Notes: generated by a model not told the origin, from the sequence alone. Positions 1 through 9,431 are shown, numbered from the whole stretch's first letter. The stretch is DNA of 63,911 nt, filler included, from Nitrospirae bacterium CG2_30_53_67 (GCA_001873285.1; 6 parts of 6 records of this genome joined end to end with filler, not necessarily neighbours in it), one strand, 5' to 3'. Numbers and translations: made by a program.

Positions 1-786
1 CATGCTCCCGCTTCTGAATCCTTCGAGATCCAGTGTGACATAGACAAAACCGGCCTCTTTGAACCTTTTAACGAGGGCGGCAAGAATGTCTTCTTTCAGA
101 AGACGATGAAAGGCATCACTTGCGACCTCGATCCGGGCAATCTCCCCGTGATAACGGACCCGATAGGGATCGAAACCCATGGAACGAAGCAGCTCTTCAC
201 ACCGAGCCACCTGCCGGACCCTCTCTTCCGTGATTTCGGTCCCGTAGGGGAAACGGGATGAAAGACAGGCCATGGATCCCTTATTATGCGTAGGGAGTCT
301 TAGTTCACGGCTGAGTTCACGGATCTCCCGCTTGGAAAGGCCGGCCTCGATCAGGGGATGGCGGACTCCTTTTTCCGCAGCCGCTTTCAGCCCGGGCCGA
401 TAGTCGCCGGTATCATCGAGGTTGGACCCGTCACAGATATGAGCGATCTTCAGGGCGTCGGCATAACGGCGAAGGATTCCGAAGAGTTCGCTTTTGCAGT
501 AGTAGCAGCGCATTGGGTCGTTCCGGGCGAAGTTTTGGATCTTGAGCTCGTTTGATTCCACGAGGATATGCCGGACCCCCAATGCCGATGCAAACTTCTT
601 TGCCTCCATCAGCTCGTGTTCCGGGTAGGTGGGTGAGAGGGCGGTCAGGGCTGCTGCCTGGTCGCCGAGCGCTTCCCGGGCCACACGCAGAAGAAAGGCG
701 CTGTCCACTCCGCCCGAAAAAGCGATCAGAACCGAGCCCATCTCCTTGAGGATCGCCTGCAGCTTGTTTAATTTATCCCGGCTCAT
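1..786 (-). CDS. larE: ATP-dependent sacrificial sulfur transferase LarE (PP-loop family); runs off the window start, 3' end repeated at 60392-60731
   Basis: Manual translation from ATG at 786: MSRDKLNKLQAILKEMGSVLIAFSGGVDS (PP-loop) ... SMACLSSRFPYG ... LEGFRSGSM. Absent from the ORF track because there is no stop codon in the window. Confidence 0.85.
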   Translation of the reverse strand, partial: MSRDKLNKLQAILKEMGSVLIAFSGGVDSAFLLRVAREALGDQAAALTALSPTYPEHELMEAKKFASALGVRHILVESNELKIQNFARNDPMRCYYCKSELFGILRRYADALKIAHICDGSNLDDTGDYRPGLKAAAEKGVRHPLIEAGLSKREIRELSRELRLPTHNKGSMACLSSRFPYGTEITEERVRQVARCEELLRSMGFDPYRVRYHGEIARIEVASDAFHRLLKEDILAALVKRFKEAGFVYVTLDLEGFRSGSM

Positions 787-850
787 GTATAGAAAATGAC
801 ACAATTCAAAATGATTGTCCACCGGAATTTGATTGTGGATGATTCAATGG

Positions 851-2122
851 TCAGACTTTTGCCTTTTCAGGAAGGAGAAACTGTTTTTCATAAAATGTCC
901 GGGCTGCTTCCTGTCTCTGCTTCATGTATGCGGACATGTCATCCCAGTTTTCGATCACGAGATCCACAATTCTTTTTTCCAGGAGTCCCCGATTGGAGAA
1001 GGCGGAAAAAATCCGGATAATCTCCTGCTTGTCCATCCCTTTTCTGTAGGGCCTGTCTTCCTCCATGGCCGTAAACATGTCGGCCACCATCATGATCCGG
1101 GATTCAATGCTGAGTTCACCGGCATTGCAATGGAAGGGATAACCGCTTCCGTCCAGCCGTTCATGATGAAACGCCGCCCATTCCTGGATCTGTTGAAAGC
1201 CTCCGATACTGTTCATGATGGAATAGGTGTAATAGGTATGGGACTTGATGACGGCGAATTCTTCAGGTGTGAGCTTTCCTGGTTTCTCCAGGATGCTGTT
1301 GGGAATGGCGAGTTTGCCCAGATCATGCAAACGTCCTGCAATTTCCATCAACAGTAGTTCGGGTTCAGTCAGCCCAAAGAGCTTGGAAAGAAACACGGCG
1401 GATGCAGCGACGCCCGATGAGTGCGTGGAGGTGAAACGGGACCTGAAATCAATGATGTCGGAGAAGATTTCTGAAATCGTAAGGAGAGACACAGAGTCGA
1501 TCTCAAATTCCCGATGAGGTCCGTGATGGAGAAGATAAGAATACAATCTATTGGAGACCATGTCGAGCCAGAATTCCTCTCTGATGCCGGCGGATAAAAG
1601 AAGGTCGGTCACATCCGGGTGAAAAACGGATCCGGTCTTTTCCACGATCCTGGAAGTGAGTTCCCTGCTTTGATGCAGGATATAGGTCTTACGGTTAATG
1701 GAACGTTCCAGAAAATCAGCCAGAAAAATAATATGTGATCCGAGAGTCATCGGGTCATCTATGTTCGTCCGGCAGTCTTCCCATTTCCGATGATGATGCC
1801 GGACGAGTATGGCGGCGTTTTCCAGCCATGGGATTTTATTAAGAATCATTTCACCGCGCAGACAGTGTTCCTCAGTCATATCAGTCTCTGTTTTCAGGAG
1901 TTCATATTTCTCTTCAACTGAGAAAGCTCCGATATCGTGAAGCAGCGCGGCGTAGAACATCTGTGCCATATCTTCGTCGGATAATCCTGCGGATTTTCCC
2001 ATTTCCCAGGCAATGAATGCGGTCCTGAGCTGATGCTGGACCAGTTCAGGTCCAGCCAGGTCCATGGCATCGGAAAGTGAGAGCAGAAGGTTCAGAAGGT
2101 TTATGGAAAGATTTTTCTTCAT
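851..2122 (-). CDS. Tandem HD / HD-GYP c-di-GMP phosphodiesterase
   Basis: Two HD motifs (LLHDIG, RLHDLGK) and HHERLDGSGYP; ATG at 2122 chosen over the track start at 2146. Confidence 0.9.
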   Translation of the reverse strand: MKKNLSINLLNLLLSLSDAMDLAGPELVQHQLRTAFIAWEMGKSAGLSDEDMAQMFYAALLHDIGAFSVEEKYELLKTETDMTEEHCLRGEMILNKIPWLENAAILVRHHHRKWEDCRTNIDDPMTLGSHIIFLADFLERSINRKTYILHQSRELTSRIVEKTGSVFHPDVTDLLLSAGIREEFWLDMVSNRLYSYLLHHGPHREFEIDSVSLLTISEIFSDIIDFRSRFTSTHSSGVAASAVFLSKLFGLTEPELLLMEIAGRLHDLGKLAIPNSILEKPGKLTPEEFAVIKSHTYYTYSIMNSIGGFQQIQEWAAFHHERLDGSGYPFHCNAGELSIESRIMMVADMFTAMEEDRPYRKGMDKQEIIRIFSAFSNRGLLEKRIVDLVIENWDDMSAYMKQRQEAARTFYEKQFLLPEKAKV

Positions 2123-2211
2123 GGGATTCTCCTGATTGGAAATCAAAACGTTCCAGTCTGTTGGGCCGTGCTTAAAACCTGCTTGGACAGGAACAGGAAC
2201 ACTGTATCCAT

Positions 2212-2238
2212 ATATCGGAAAATCCGGGTTTTTCTTGA
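2212..2238 (-). promoter_or_regulatory. Putative sigma28 (FliA) promoter of the HD-GYP gene
   Basis: Minus strand TCAA-N15-TCCGATAT, against consensus TAAA-N15/16-GCCGATAA. Confidence 0.55.
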
Positions 2239-2303
2239 GCGATTTCTTAGGTTTTTTGAATTTTCAGCAGGGATTAAGGAGGAGATTTTCCGGTGTAACG
2301 GGG

Positions 2304-2331
2304 TAAAGTTTTAAGACATCCCAACCGATAA
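2304..2331 (+). promoter_or_regulatory. Putative sigma28 promoter of csrA-fliW
   Basis: TAAAGTTT start, TAAA-N16-ACCGATAA, about 35 nt before the csrA ATG. Confidence 0.65.
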
Positions 2332-2365
2332 GACTTTCAGAACGGAAACAAGAGAGAGGTCATTT

Positions 2366-2611
2366 ATGCTGGTACTCACCCGGAAACTGGGAGAAGAGAT
2401 TTTTATTGACGACGAGATCCGCATCGTGATCAAGGAGATCAAGGGGAGGCAGGTGCGGATCGGTATTGAGGCGCGTTCCTCGGTCTCGGTCCATCGGGGT
2501 GAAATCCACCACCGGATAGAAGAGGAGAACAGGGAGGCTGCTCTCATAGACCTCGAAGCGGCCGATAAAGCCGCGGCCTCACTGAAACGGTTGATTCAAG
2601 AGACCGGGTGA
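2366..2611 (+). CDS. csrA: Carbon storage regulator CsrA
   Basis: MLVLTRKLGEEIFI...VRIGIEA...VHRGEI signature, with the C-terminal extension typical of FliW-paired CsrA. Confidence 0.95.
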   Translation: MLVLTRKLGEEIFIDDEIRIVIKEIKGRQVRIGIEARSSVSVHRGEIHHRIEEENREAALIDLEAADKAAASLKRLIQETG

Positions 2612-2612
2612 G

Positions 2613-3125
2613 GTGAGTAGTGAACTCATGATCATAAAAACACGGTTTTTCGGAGAAATAGACATCGTGGAGCAGGAGGTCCTGACCTTTCCGTCCGGAT
2701 TGATCGGGATGAAGAACCTCAAGAGGTTTGTCCTTCTAAACCACCAAGCAGGCAGGCCTTTCCGTTGGCTTCAGTCCCTGGATGATGCGAATGTCTCCTT
2801 CCTATCCGTGGAGCCGCGCTTCGTTCGTAAAACCTACCGGGTTCCCGTCCAGAAAGAGCTTTTGATGCGTCTCAGGATCACGAAACCAAGGGAGGTCATG
2901 GTCCTTTGCCTGGTGGCCATCTCCAAGGAGTCCGGGACCATGACCGTTAATTTCCAGGCGCCCCTCCTCATCCATATGGAAGGCCGGATCGGAAAACAGA
3001 TTATTCTGGTGGATGGACCGTACCATAGACGTCATGATATCTTGCAGGAATTAAAAGATCAGAGCGGGATTCCGGCGGCTGTGCCGGAGGAAGAGATCCT
3101 GGATATCAAAAACGGCCATGCATAG
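2613..3125 (+). CDS. fliW: Flagellar assembly factor FliW
   Basis: KTRFFGEI, FPSGLIG, WLQS, TVNFQAPLLI and GKQIIL motifs; adjacent to csrA. Confidence 0.92.
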   Translation: MSSELMIIKTRFFGEIDIVEQEVLTFPSGLIGMKNLKRFVLLNHQAGRPFRWLQSLDDANVSFLSVEPRFVRKTYRVPVQKELLMRLRITKPREVMVLCLVAISKESGTMTVNFQAPLLIHMEGRIGKQIILVDGPYHRRHDILQELKDQSGIPAAVPEEEILDIKNGHA

Positions 3126-3240
3126 CAGGGAAGCTTAGATTCACCCCATCGCAAGGAATCCACCGGCCTGAATTCGACAACGTATATCAGTGGGGCTCCG
3201 GATTGTTTTTAGGACTCGTTCTCAAGCCGTGATGCAGGGG

Positions 3241-3576
3241 TCATAACCCGACGATCTCTTTCCGGATTTCCTCAAGAATTTTTGCAGCCACTTTCTCACA
3301 GGATACGATATAAGTCCCTGCATGGATGGCGCGTTTGATGGACTCAACCTTTTTTGCACGGATATCCGGGGTCTTCCTGACGATTTCACAGACCCTTTCC
3401 ACCTCTTCGCTCTTGCCTGAAATATGAAGCGGACCTTTTTTTAATGGGGCTGAAGTGTCTTGGGCGTTTACATCATTATTTTTCCCAGGATGGCAGCCGG
3501 CCTTTTTTTGATCACTTTTGTTTCGTGGATCCTGGCTGTCTATTTTACCTGAAGAGGATCTCCTCATTTTTGGCAA
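3241..3576 (-). CDS. flgM: Anti-sigma28 factor FlgM
   Basis: C-terminal PDIRAKKVESIKRAIHAGTY...VAAKIL motif; start codon uncertain. Confidence 0.8.
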   Translation of the reverse strand: MPKMRRSSSGKIDSQDPRNKSDQKKAGCHPGKNNDVNAQDTSAPLKKGPLHISGKSEEVERVCEIVRKTPDIRAKKVESIKRAIHAGTYIVSCEKVAAKILEEIRKEIVGL

Positions 3577-3675
3577 CTCCTGGTAATTGGATACATCAAT
3601 TAAAACAATGACATGTATACAGCTATCTGATCATGTGCATTAACAATATGGTTCTTTTTTCTCAAGTTATAATCC

Positions 3676-3703
3676 GTATCGGAAATTCAAGATGGAGACT
3701 TTA
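3676..3703 (-). promoter_or_regulatory. Putative sigma28 promoter of flgM
   Basis: Minus strand TAAA-N16-TCCGATAC. Confidence 0.65.
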
Positions 3704-3761
3704 GTAAAAAACCTACAGGTCGGTTTATGAATTTTCCGTTCGTCTCCTGTCTGAAAGCTTA

Positions 3762-3874
3762 GCGGCCCAATTTGTAAATACGGTGGCATTCGAGCCTGCC
3801 TGCCGCCTGCCTGCGCTACAGCAGTCAGACGACAGCCAGGCCTGCTGCGTCGCCATATTTACGAACAGGACCAC
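3762..3874. mobile_element. MITE-like element, family A, copy 1 (different interior)
   Basis: Imperfect terminal inverted repeats GCGGCCCAATTTGTAAATA ... TATTTACGAACAGGACCAC, TTA on both flanks; ends match the copies at 33862 and 60170. Confidence 0.7.
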
Positions 3875-4057
3875 TTAGCCTTCCTGATTTTACGGAGTCG
3901 TTTCATCCGGTTGAAAATCAAGAAACAAAAATCATGAAACCCCTTTTCAAATCGGATGAAATACGTTAAACTCAACTGCGTTTGCCATTGAGCAGATGCT
4001 TCAAAAAACCGGGTTTTCAAAAACAGCCTGATGATAACAAATTTTTCTGGAGAGTCC

Positions 4058-5668
4058 ATGTCAAAAAATATGCTGATCAATGCGGTTCATTCTGAGGAGA
4101 GCAGGGTCGCTATCGTTGGAAACGGGATTCTGGAGGAACTGGGGATCGAAACGGCCGCAGCGGAACGTCATAAGGGGAACATCTACAAAGCCGTGGTGGT
4201 CAGGGTGGAGCCGAGCCTTCAGGTTGCATTCGTGGATTACGGGGAGAAGAAAAATGGTTTTCTCCCTTTTCGGGAGATCCACCGGTCTTATTACAAGAAG
4301 GATGTCAACAAGGAACACCCGAGGATACAGGATGTCATCGAGAGGGGACTTGAGGTGCTTGTCCAGGTCGTTCGGGAGGAGCATGAGCAAAAAGGGGCCT
4401 ATTTGACCACGTTGCTCTCCATACCGGGGCGCTATCTCGTCATTATGCCGGGAAGCGACAGCGGCGGCGTCTCCCGCAAGATCGAGGACGAGGACCAGCG
4501 GAAGGAATACAAGAAAATGCTCAAGGAACTCAATCCTGCCGAAGGCATCGGTTTGATTTTCAGGACGGCAGGTCTCGGCATGACCAAGCCCGTCCTTTCT
4601 CAGGAGCTGAAGTTTCTGATCAAGGTTTGGGAACAGATCCTTCAAAGAGGAACTGAGCAGAAAGCGCCGTCGCTGATCTATCGGGAGTCGGACCTGGTGA
4701 GCCGCACGATCCGGGATTACTTCAGCTCGGACATCCAGGAGCTGCTGATTGACCATCTCGACGTCTACAAGAAGACCCTTGAATTCTTTGAAACGGTTAT
4801 GCCGCGCTACAAGAACAGGGTCAAGTTTTACCAGGGATCCAAGCCCATATTTTCCAAATATAATCTTGAAGACCAGATCGAAAACATTTATGAGAGAAAG
4901 GTGAATCTGAAGTCCGGGGGGTCGATTGTGATTGAGCCCACAGAATCCATGGTCACCATCGATGTGAACTCGGGCAAATCCATGCATGCCAAGGGAGTGG
5001 AACAGACCGCCTTCCATACCAACATGGAGGCGGCGGAAGAGATCGCCCGACAGCTCCGGCTCCGTGACCTCGGCGGACTGATCGTCATTGATTTTATCGA
5101 TATGGCAAACAAGAAGAACCAGCAGGAGGTTGTAAAAAAATTGAAAGACTCCTTGAAATACGACAAGGCCAAAACCAACGTCTCCAGCATATCCAGGTTC
5201 GGACTTCTGGAGATCTCACGTCAAAGGATCCATGCCCCGGTGGATGAAGGGACCTATGTCGTCTGCTCTCATTGTGAAGGGAAGGGGCGTGTGCGTTCCA
5301 GGGAATCCCAGGCCCTGATCATCCTTCGGAAGATCCAGATGCGCATCGCCGGAGGCGGGGTGGCAGCGGTGGAAGGGGAACTCTCTGCGGACCTGGCGGA
5401 TTTTCTGTTGAATCGGAAACGCGAGGACCTCATGAAGATGGAAAAGAAACACGGCGTCAAGATTACGCTGGTCGGTAAACCGGAGCTCCTTCATTCCCAA
5501 TATCACCTGGAATTTGTCAGCAGGCAGGAAGACTCCCATGAGGCGCAGGTGAACGTCGACCAGAGGCCGCAGGGGGACATGAGCGGGGAGCCTCGTGTTC
5601 CGGTGAAAAGAAAACACAACCTATCGCGTGGTTCCAGAAAGTTTGAAGTCAAACCCCAAAGCAATTGA
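4058..5668 (+). CDS. Rne/Rng family ribonuclease (RNase E/G)
   Basis: S1 domain GNIYKAVV..VEPSLQVAFVDYG, VTIDVNSG, LRDLGGLIVIDFIDM, CSHCEG Zn-link. Confidence 0.95.
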   Translation: MSKNMLINAVHSEESRVAIVGNGILEELGIETAAAERHKGNIYKAVVVRVEPSLQVAFVDYGEKKNGFLPFREIHRSYYKKDVNKEHPRIQDVIERGLEVLVQVVREEHEQKGAYLTTLLSIPGRYLVIMPGSDSGGVSRKIEDEDQRKEYKKMLKELNPAEGIGLIFRTAGLGMTKPVLSQELKFLIKVWEQILQRGTEQKAPSLIYRESDLVSRTIRDYFSSDIQELLIDHLDVYKKTLEFFETVMPRYKNRVKFYQGSKPIFSKYNLEDQIENIYERKVNLKSGGSIVIEPTESMVTIDVNSGKSMHAKGVEQTAFHTNMEAAEEIARQLRLRDLGGLIVIDFIDMANKKNQQEVVKKLKDSLKYDKAKTNVSSISRFGLLEISRQRIHAPVDEGTYVVCSHCEGKGRVRSRESQALIILRKIQMRIAGGGVAAVEGELSADLADFLLNRKREDLMKMEKKHGVKITLVGKPELLHSQYHLEFVSRQEDSHEAQVNVDQRPQGDMSGEPRVPVKRKHNLSRGSRKFEVKPQSN

Positions 5669-5717
5669 TTCCTTCCATGCTACATGACGGCGGTTGAGGT
5701 CGTTAACAGGTTCAGTC

Positions 5718-6719
5718 ATGTTTGAACACAAACATCATCCCAGGGAAAAGAAAGAGGCCCATCTCCATGAAGGAGACGGTACACATCACCACCGGCATCG
5801 GGCCACGGAGCGAAAGCTTCTGAGGGTGGTCATCGTGTTGACCTTTGTCATGATGGCGGCGGAAATCATCTGGGGCATACTTTCCAACAGCTTGGCCCTT
5901 CTTTCCGATGCCTTTCATATGCTGACCCACTTCAGCGCTCTAACCGTGAGCCTGGTCTCCATTGAGGTAGCCGTCAGGATGAACCACCGGGACAAGACCT
6001 TTGGATACTGGAGGATCGAGATTCTGTCGGCCCTGTTCAACGGCCTGACCCTCCTGCCGATCACGGGCTACATCCTCTACAAGGCCTACCAGCGGTTTGA
6101 GAACCCGGAGATGGTCGTCGTTTCACAGATGTTTGTGGTCGCTGTGATCGGACTTGCGGTCAACGTCTTATGCGCCCTGATCCTTGCAGGCGTGAGCCGT
6201 GAGGATTTCAATATCCGGGGGGCCTTCCTCCACATGATCGCGGATACGGCCTCGTCCGTGGGTGTGGTCATCGCCGCCGTCATCATCCATTTTACCAACT
6301 GGTACTTTCTGGACCCGCTGGTGAGCGTGCTCATCGCCGTGGTCATCCTGGCCTGGTCCCTGAGTCTGATCCGGGAATCGGTCAACATCCTGCTGGAATC
6401 GGTGCCCAAGGGAATCAACATTCAGGAGGTCCGGGATGCCGTACTCGGGATCCCGGAAGTCAAGGACATCCACGACCTGCATATCTGGCAGATCACATCC
6501 TCGATGTATGCCCTGACCGCTCATGTGGCCGTAGAGAACATCCCGATAGCGGAAACCCGGTCCATCATGGTGAAAATCAACAGGATTCTCGATGAACGTT
6601 TCCACATCACTCATGCCAATATTCAATTTGAACCGCATCTATCGGCGTATGACCGGCATGGAGAGGGGAGGGCAGAAGAGAGCCCAAGACATCCCGTAAG
6701 CAAGGAGGAGAGCCTGTGA
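5718..6719 (+). CDS. Cation diffusion facilitator (CzcD/ZitB-like Zn/Co/Cd efflux)
   Basis: His-rich N-terminus, SLALLSDAFH, AFLHMIAD, HDLHIW. Confidence 0.92.
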   Translation: MFEHKHHPREKKEAHLHEGDGTHHHRHRATERKLLRVVIVLTFVMMAAEIIWGILSNSLALLSDAFHMLTHFSALTVSLVSIEVAVRMNHRDKTFGYWRIEILSALFNGLTLLPITGYILYKAYQRFENPEMVVVSQMFVVAVIGLAVNVLCALILAGVSREDFNIRGAFLHMIADTASSVGVVIAAVIIHFTNWYFLDPLVSVLIAVVILAWSLSLIRESVNILLESVPKGINIQEVRDAVLGIPEVKDIHDLHIWQITSSMYALTAHVAVENIPIAETRSIMVKINRILDERFHITHANIQFEPHLSAYDRHGEGRAEESPRHPVSKEESL

Positions 6720-6925
6720 GACTGCACTCCATGCAGTTCCACCTTGAATCGTCCAGGAAGAGTATTGAAGCATTAATCAGAAACAGCGGCGACGAGCTGG
6801 CGCCGGGAACCTATATACAGCCTGCCCGGGACATCCTCTCGCAAGACCACCATCTGTCCGGCCTCACTTCCGTATTGAACATCCTGCTGGAGGCTATGGA
6901 AGAGGCGAGGCCAAAGAAGACGTGA
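6716..6925 (+). CDS. Small hypothetical protein (69 aa)
   Basis: GTG start overlaps the CDF stop and follows an AAGGAGGAG RBS; no recognised motif. Confidence 0.5.
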   Translation: MRLHSMQFHLESSRKSIEALIRNSGDELAPGTYIQPARDILSQDHHLSGLTSVLNILLEAMEEARPKKT

Positions 6926-6956
6926 GCAGGGACCTGATCGCGTTAATATTTATGGA

Positions 6957-7243
6957 TCATCTCCAAAAGAGTAGGTGAAAACATCAGGGGTCAAGGGGTC
7001 AAGGATTCCAGGGGCCAAGTGAAGTGCTCAAATACTACAAGGAGTTAAAGGAAAGGCCCCAGTCATATCAATTATGTTTGGAGATTTATAAAATAACAAA
7101 AAGACTTAAGAGTGATATCGAGGAGGTTGAGTGGATGCTCAAGGCACTGATCAAGTCACTGGAAAACAAACACTTGACCCCTTGAACCCTGGAATCCTTG
7201 ACCCCTTGACCCCTGATGTTTTCACCTACTCTTTTGGAGATGA
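6957..7243. mobile_element. Repeat family C: four-helix-bundle-associated inverted-repeat element
   Basis: Left arm TCATCTCCAAAAGAGTAGGTGAAAACATC(AGGGGTCA)n and an inverted right arm; the left arm recurs at 38688 and 41778. Confidence 0.65.
7024..7185 (+). pseudogene. Internally deleted four-helix bundle protein (23S rRNA IVP / TIGR02436-like), 53 codons
   Basis: VLKYYKELKERPQSYQLCLEIYKITKR|LKSDIEEVEWMLKALIKSLENKHLTP: N- and C-terminal helices of the family, with the central FP..E.YGL.SQ..SIPSNIAEG core missing. Confidence 0.7.
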
Positions 7244-7625
7244 TCCATAAATATTAACGCGATCAGGTCCCTGCTCACGTCTTCTTTGGCCTCGCCTCTT
7301 CCATAGCCTCCAGCAGGATGTTCAATACGGAAGTGAGGCCGGACAGATGGTGGTCTTGCGAGAGGATGTCCCGGGCAGGCTGTATATAGGTTCCCGGCGC
7401 CAGCTCGTCGCCGCTGTTTCTGATTAATGCTTCAATACTCTTCCTGGACGATTCAAGGTGGAACTGCATGGAGTGCAGTCTCACAGGCTCTCCTCCTTGC
7501 TTACGGGATGTCTTGGGCTCTCTTCTGCCCTCCCCTCTCCATGCCGGTCATACGCCGATAGATGCGGTTCAAATTGAATATTGGCATGAGTGATGTGGAA
7601 ACGTTCATCGAGAATCCTGTTGATT

Positions 7626-7725
7626 NNNNNNNNNNNNNNNNNNNNNNNNNNNNNNNNNNNNNNNNNNNNTTAATTAATTAANNNNNNNNNNNNNNNNNNN
7701 NNNNNNNNNNNNNNNNNNNNNNNNN
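7626..7725. other. Artificial contig linker
   Basis: N-run, TTAATTAATTAA (stops in all six frames), N-run. Confidence 0.98.
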
Positions 7726-8760
7726 ATCGTAGACCACTTTCTTTTTGGCTTCCAGAAGTTTCTCCAGCTCTTGAATCGAGTCGTCCGTCTTCTTCTGGAT
7801 CTCATCCACTCTCTTTTCAAAACCGGCGTCCTTGTGGCACATGGAGCAGGCTGCGAGCACATCTTTTTTGTTGTGGCCTTCGCTGATCTTTGCATGGCAG
7901 ACGTCACAGGTGACGATTTCAACCATGGGGTCCGCCTCTCCCTTGATCCCCTCCAGGGCCAGTCCGTTGCGGAACTGATTCTCAAATGCGTGGCATTCGA
8001 TGCATTCTTTTTTGATATCCTTGTGGTGGCACTGCATGCAGATCTCTCTCGACTTCACAATCTCCCCGTGTATCTTTGCATTGGAATGGCATTCTTTGCA
8101 GATCAGACCCTGCTTCAAGTGCCGGTCATGGGGGAACTCCACCTGGTAGAAGGTAATGGGCTTGGATGCGAAATCCGCATGACATTTTTCGCAATCCGTT
8201 CTATTGATGACATCCGCCTTGGGTAATGCGGCGATCACTTCGCTTGCGCCCCGCTGGTGGCATTTGGAGCAGGGGGTGGTTTCCTGGTCGTGACACTCTA
8301 AGCAGGCCTCCATTCTCGGACGGTTGGTGATGGGGCGTAATTTGTCATGTTTGATGTTGAGGTGACAATCCGTGCACAGGGCGCCTACGTCCTGGAGATG
8401 GAACTTGTGGGGCATATAGATATTCATGACATTATATTTGAAACCCTTCATGTCCGTCTTCTTAAACATCTCTCCGTGGCAGCGGACACAGTTGGGGTTG
8501 ATGCGCTCAGGATGGGCCGAGAAGTCCTTGGGTATGAAATCCTTGTGATTGGCATGGCATTGAGGACAACGAACGGAATCGGGGTGTATGTTCGAGTGGA
8601 CCAGGAAGTCCTCGCCCCACATTTTATAATGGCACGTCATGCAGAAATGCTCATCCGACGTGGTGTAACGTTCCAGTAAAAAAACAAACAGGGTAGGAAT
8701 ACTCAGGAGAATGAGTGTTCCGGCAGCGACTTTCCAGGGCGAGATCTTTTTGATGTTCAT
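7726..8760 (-). CDS. Membrane-anchored multiheme c-type cytochrome (at least 12 CxxCH), 3' truncated by the gap
   Basis: N-terminal TM helix with NapC/NirT-like TTSDEHFCMTCH; 12 CxxCH motifs counted. Confidence 0.9.
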
Positions 8761-9428
8761 AAAGCGACTTCCTCCTCCACATTCCGGTGTGTGAGTTCTG
8801 TCAGTTCGGAGTCAATAAAGGCACGGGTTAATTGTGAAACCGCTCGATAAAAAGGGTTCTCTGTTTTTTTTATGATCAGATCTGAGAAGAGGGGAATCCA
8901 CCTCCCTGGATGTTCGGCAAGAAACTGACCCTCGATTTGCCGGACACGGTCGGTATGACCGGAGTCTGCGGCCTGGGATTCGAGTTCACTGAGCAGCCGT
9001 AAGGCTTCAAGTTCAACTCCGATATGGTCGGGGAGAAGCTTAGCCTCTTCGGGTATGAGAATGCCGTATTCATGGTAGAATGTCCGGACCTCTACCGCCG
9101 CCTTGCCCTGGAGAGAGGGCTCAAAATTCTCCATATCATCCCGGAATCCCCCCACATAAAAGGATTCATAGGGAGGCAGGTGCGACGGGGGGGTGAGGTA
9201 AAGACGGGCATATTCAAGAGAAAGCTCATGGATCAGAGAGGCCTCGTCCTTTTTCAGGATCTCATTCCCAAGTGGAAGGTCAAGGCTCTCAAACAGGGTC
9301 AGGACCTCCCGGCTTTTGAGAAAACGGATCATCTCGAGGCCGGGCTCTTTCAGAAAGAGGCGGGAGAGGAGCGCATAAACAGCGCTTCTCTTTGCAGCCT
9401 CATGATTCGGATGTTCCTTCTTCTTCAT
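8757..9428 (-). CDS. TorD/DmsD-family molybdoenzyme chaperone
   Basis: EYARLY, PPYESFY and PDHIGVELE motifs. Confidence 0.9.
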   Translation of the reverse strand: MKKKEHPNHEAAKRSAVYALLSRLFLKEPGLEMIRFLKSREVLTLFESLDLPLGNEILKKDEASLIHELSLEYARLYLTPPSHLPPYESFYVGGFRDDMENFEPSLQGKAAVEVRTFYHEYGILIPEEAKLLPDHIGVELEALRLLSELESQAADSGHTDRVRQIEGQFLAEHPGRWIPLFSDLIIKKTENPFYRAVSQLTRAFIDSELTELTHRNVEEEVAL

Positions 9429-9431
9429 ATC

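Larger units (their letters stand above)
6575..7625. repeat. 439-bp perfect inverted duplication (6575-7013 vs 7187-7625) ending at the contig end; probable fold-back artefact
   Basis: Paired positions sum to 14200 throughout, and the 69-aa ORF is mirrored at 7275-7484. Confidence 0.85.

Noticed and set aside
6957..7020. AGGGGTCA repeats as a CRISPR array
   Set aside because: The units are 8 bp with no unique spacers and there are no cas genes; no CRISPR array was seen anywhere in the window.
7024..7185. Diversity-generating retroelement (four-helix bundle resembles Avd)
   Set aside because: There is no reverse transcriptase and no template/variable repeat pair in the window.
7275..7484. 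Second copy of the 69-aa ORF
   Set aside because: It lies wholly inside the perfect fold-back duplication ending at the contig end, so it is probably not a separate gene.
7670..7681. TTAATTAATTAA recurring five times
   Set aside because: It is always centred in N-runs, so it is an artificial linker; adjacency across it has no biological meaning.
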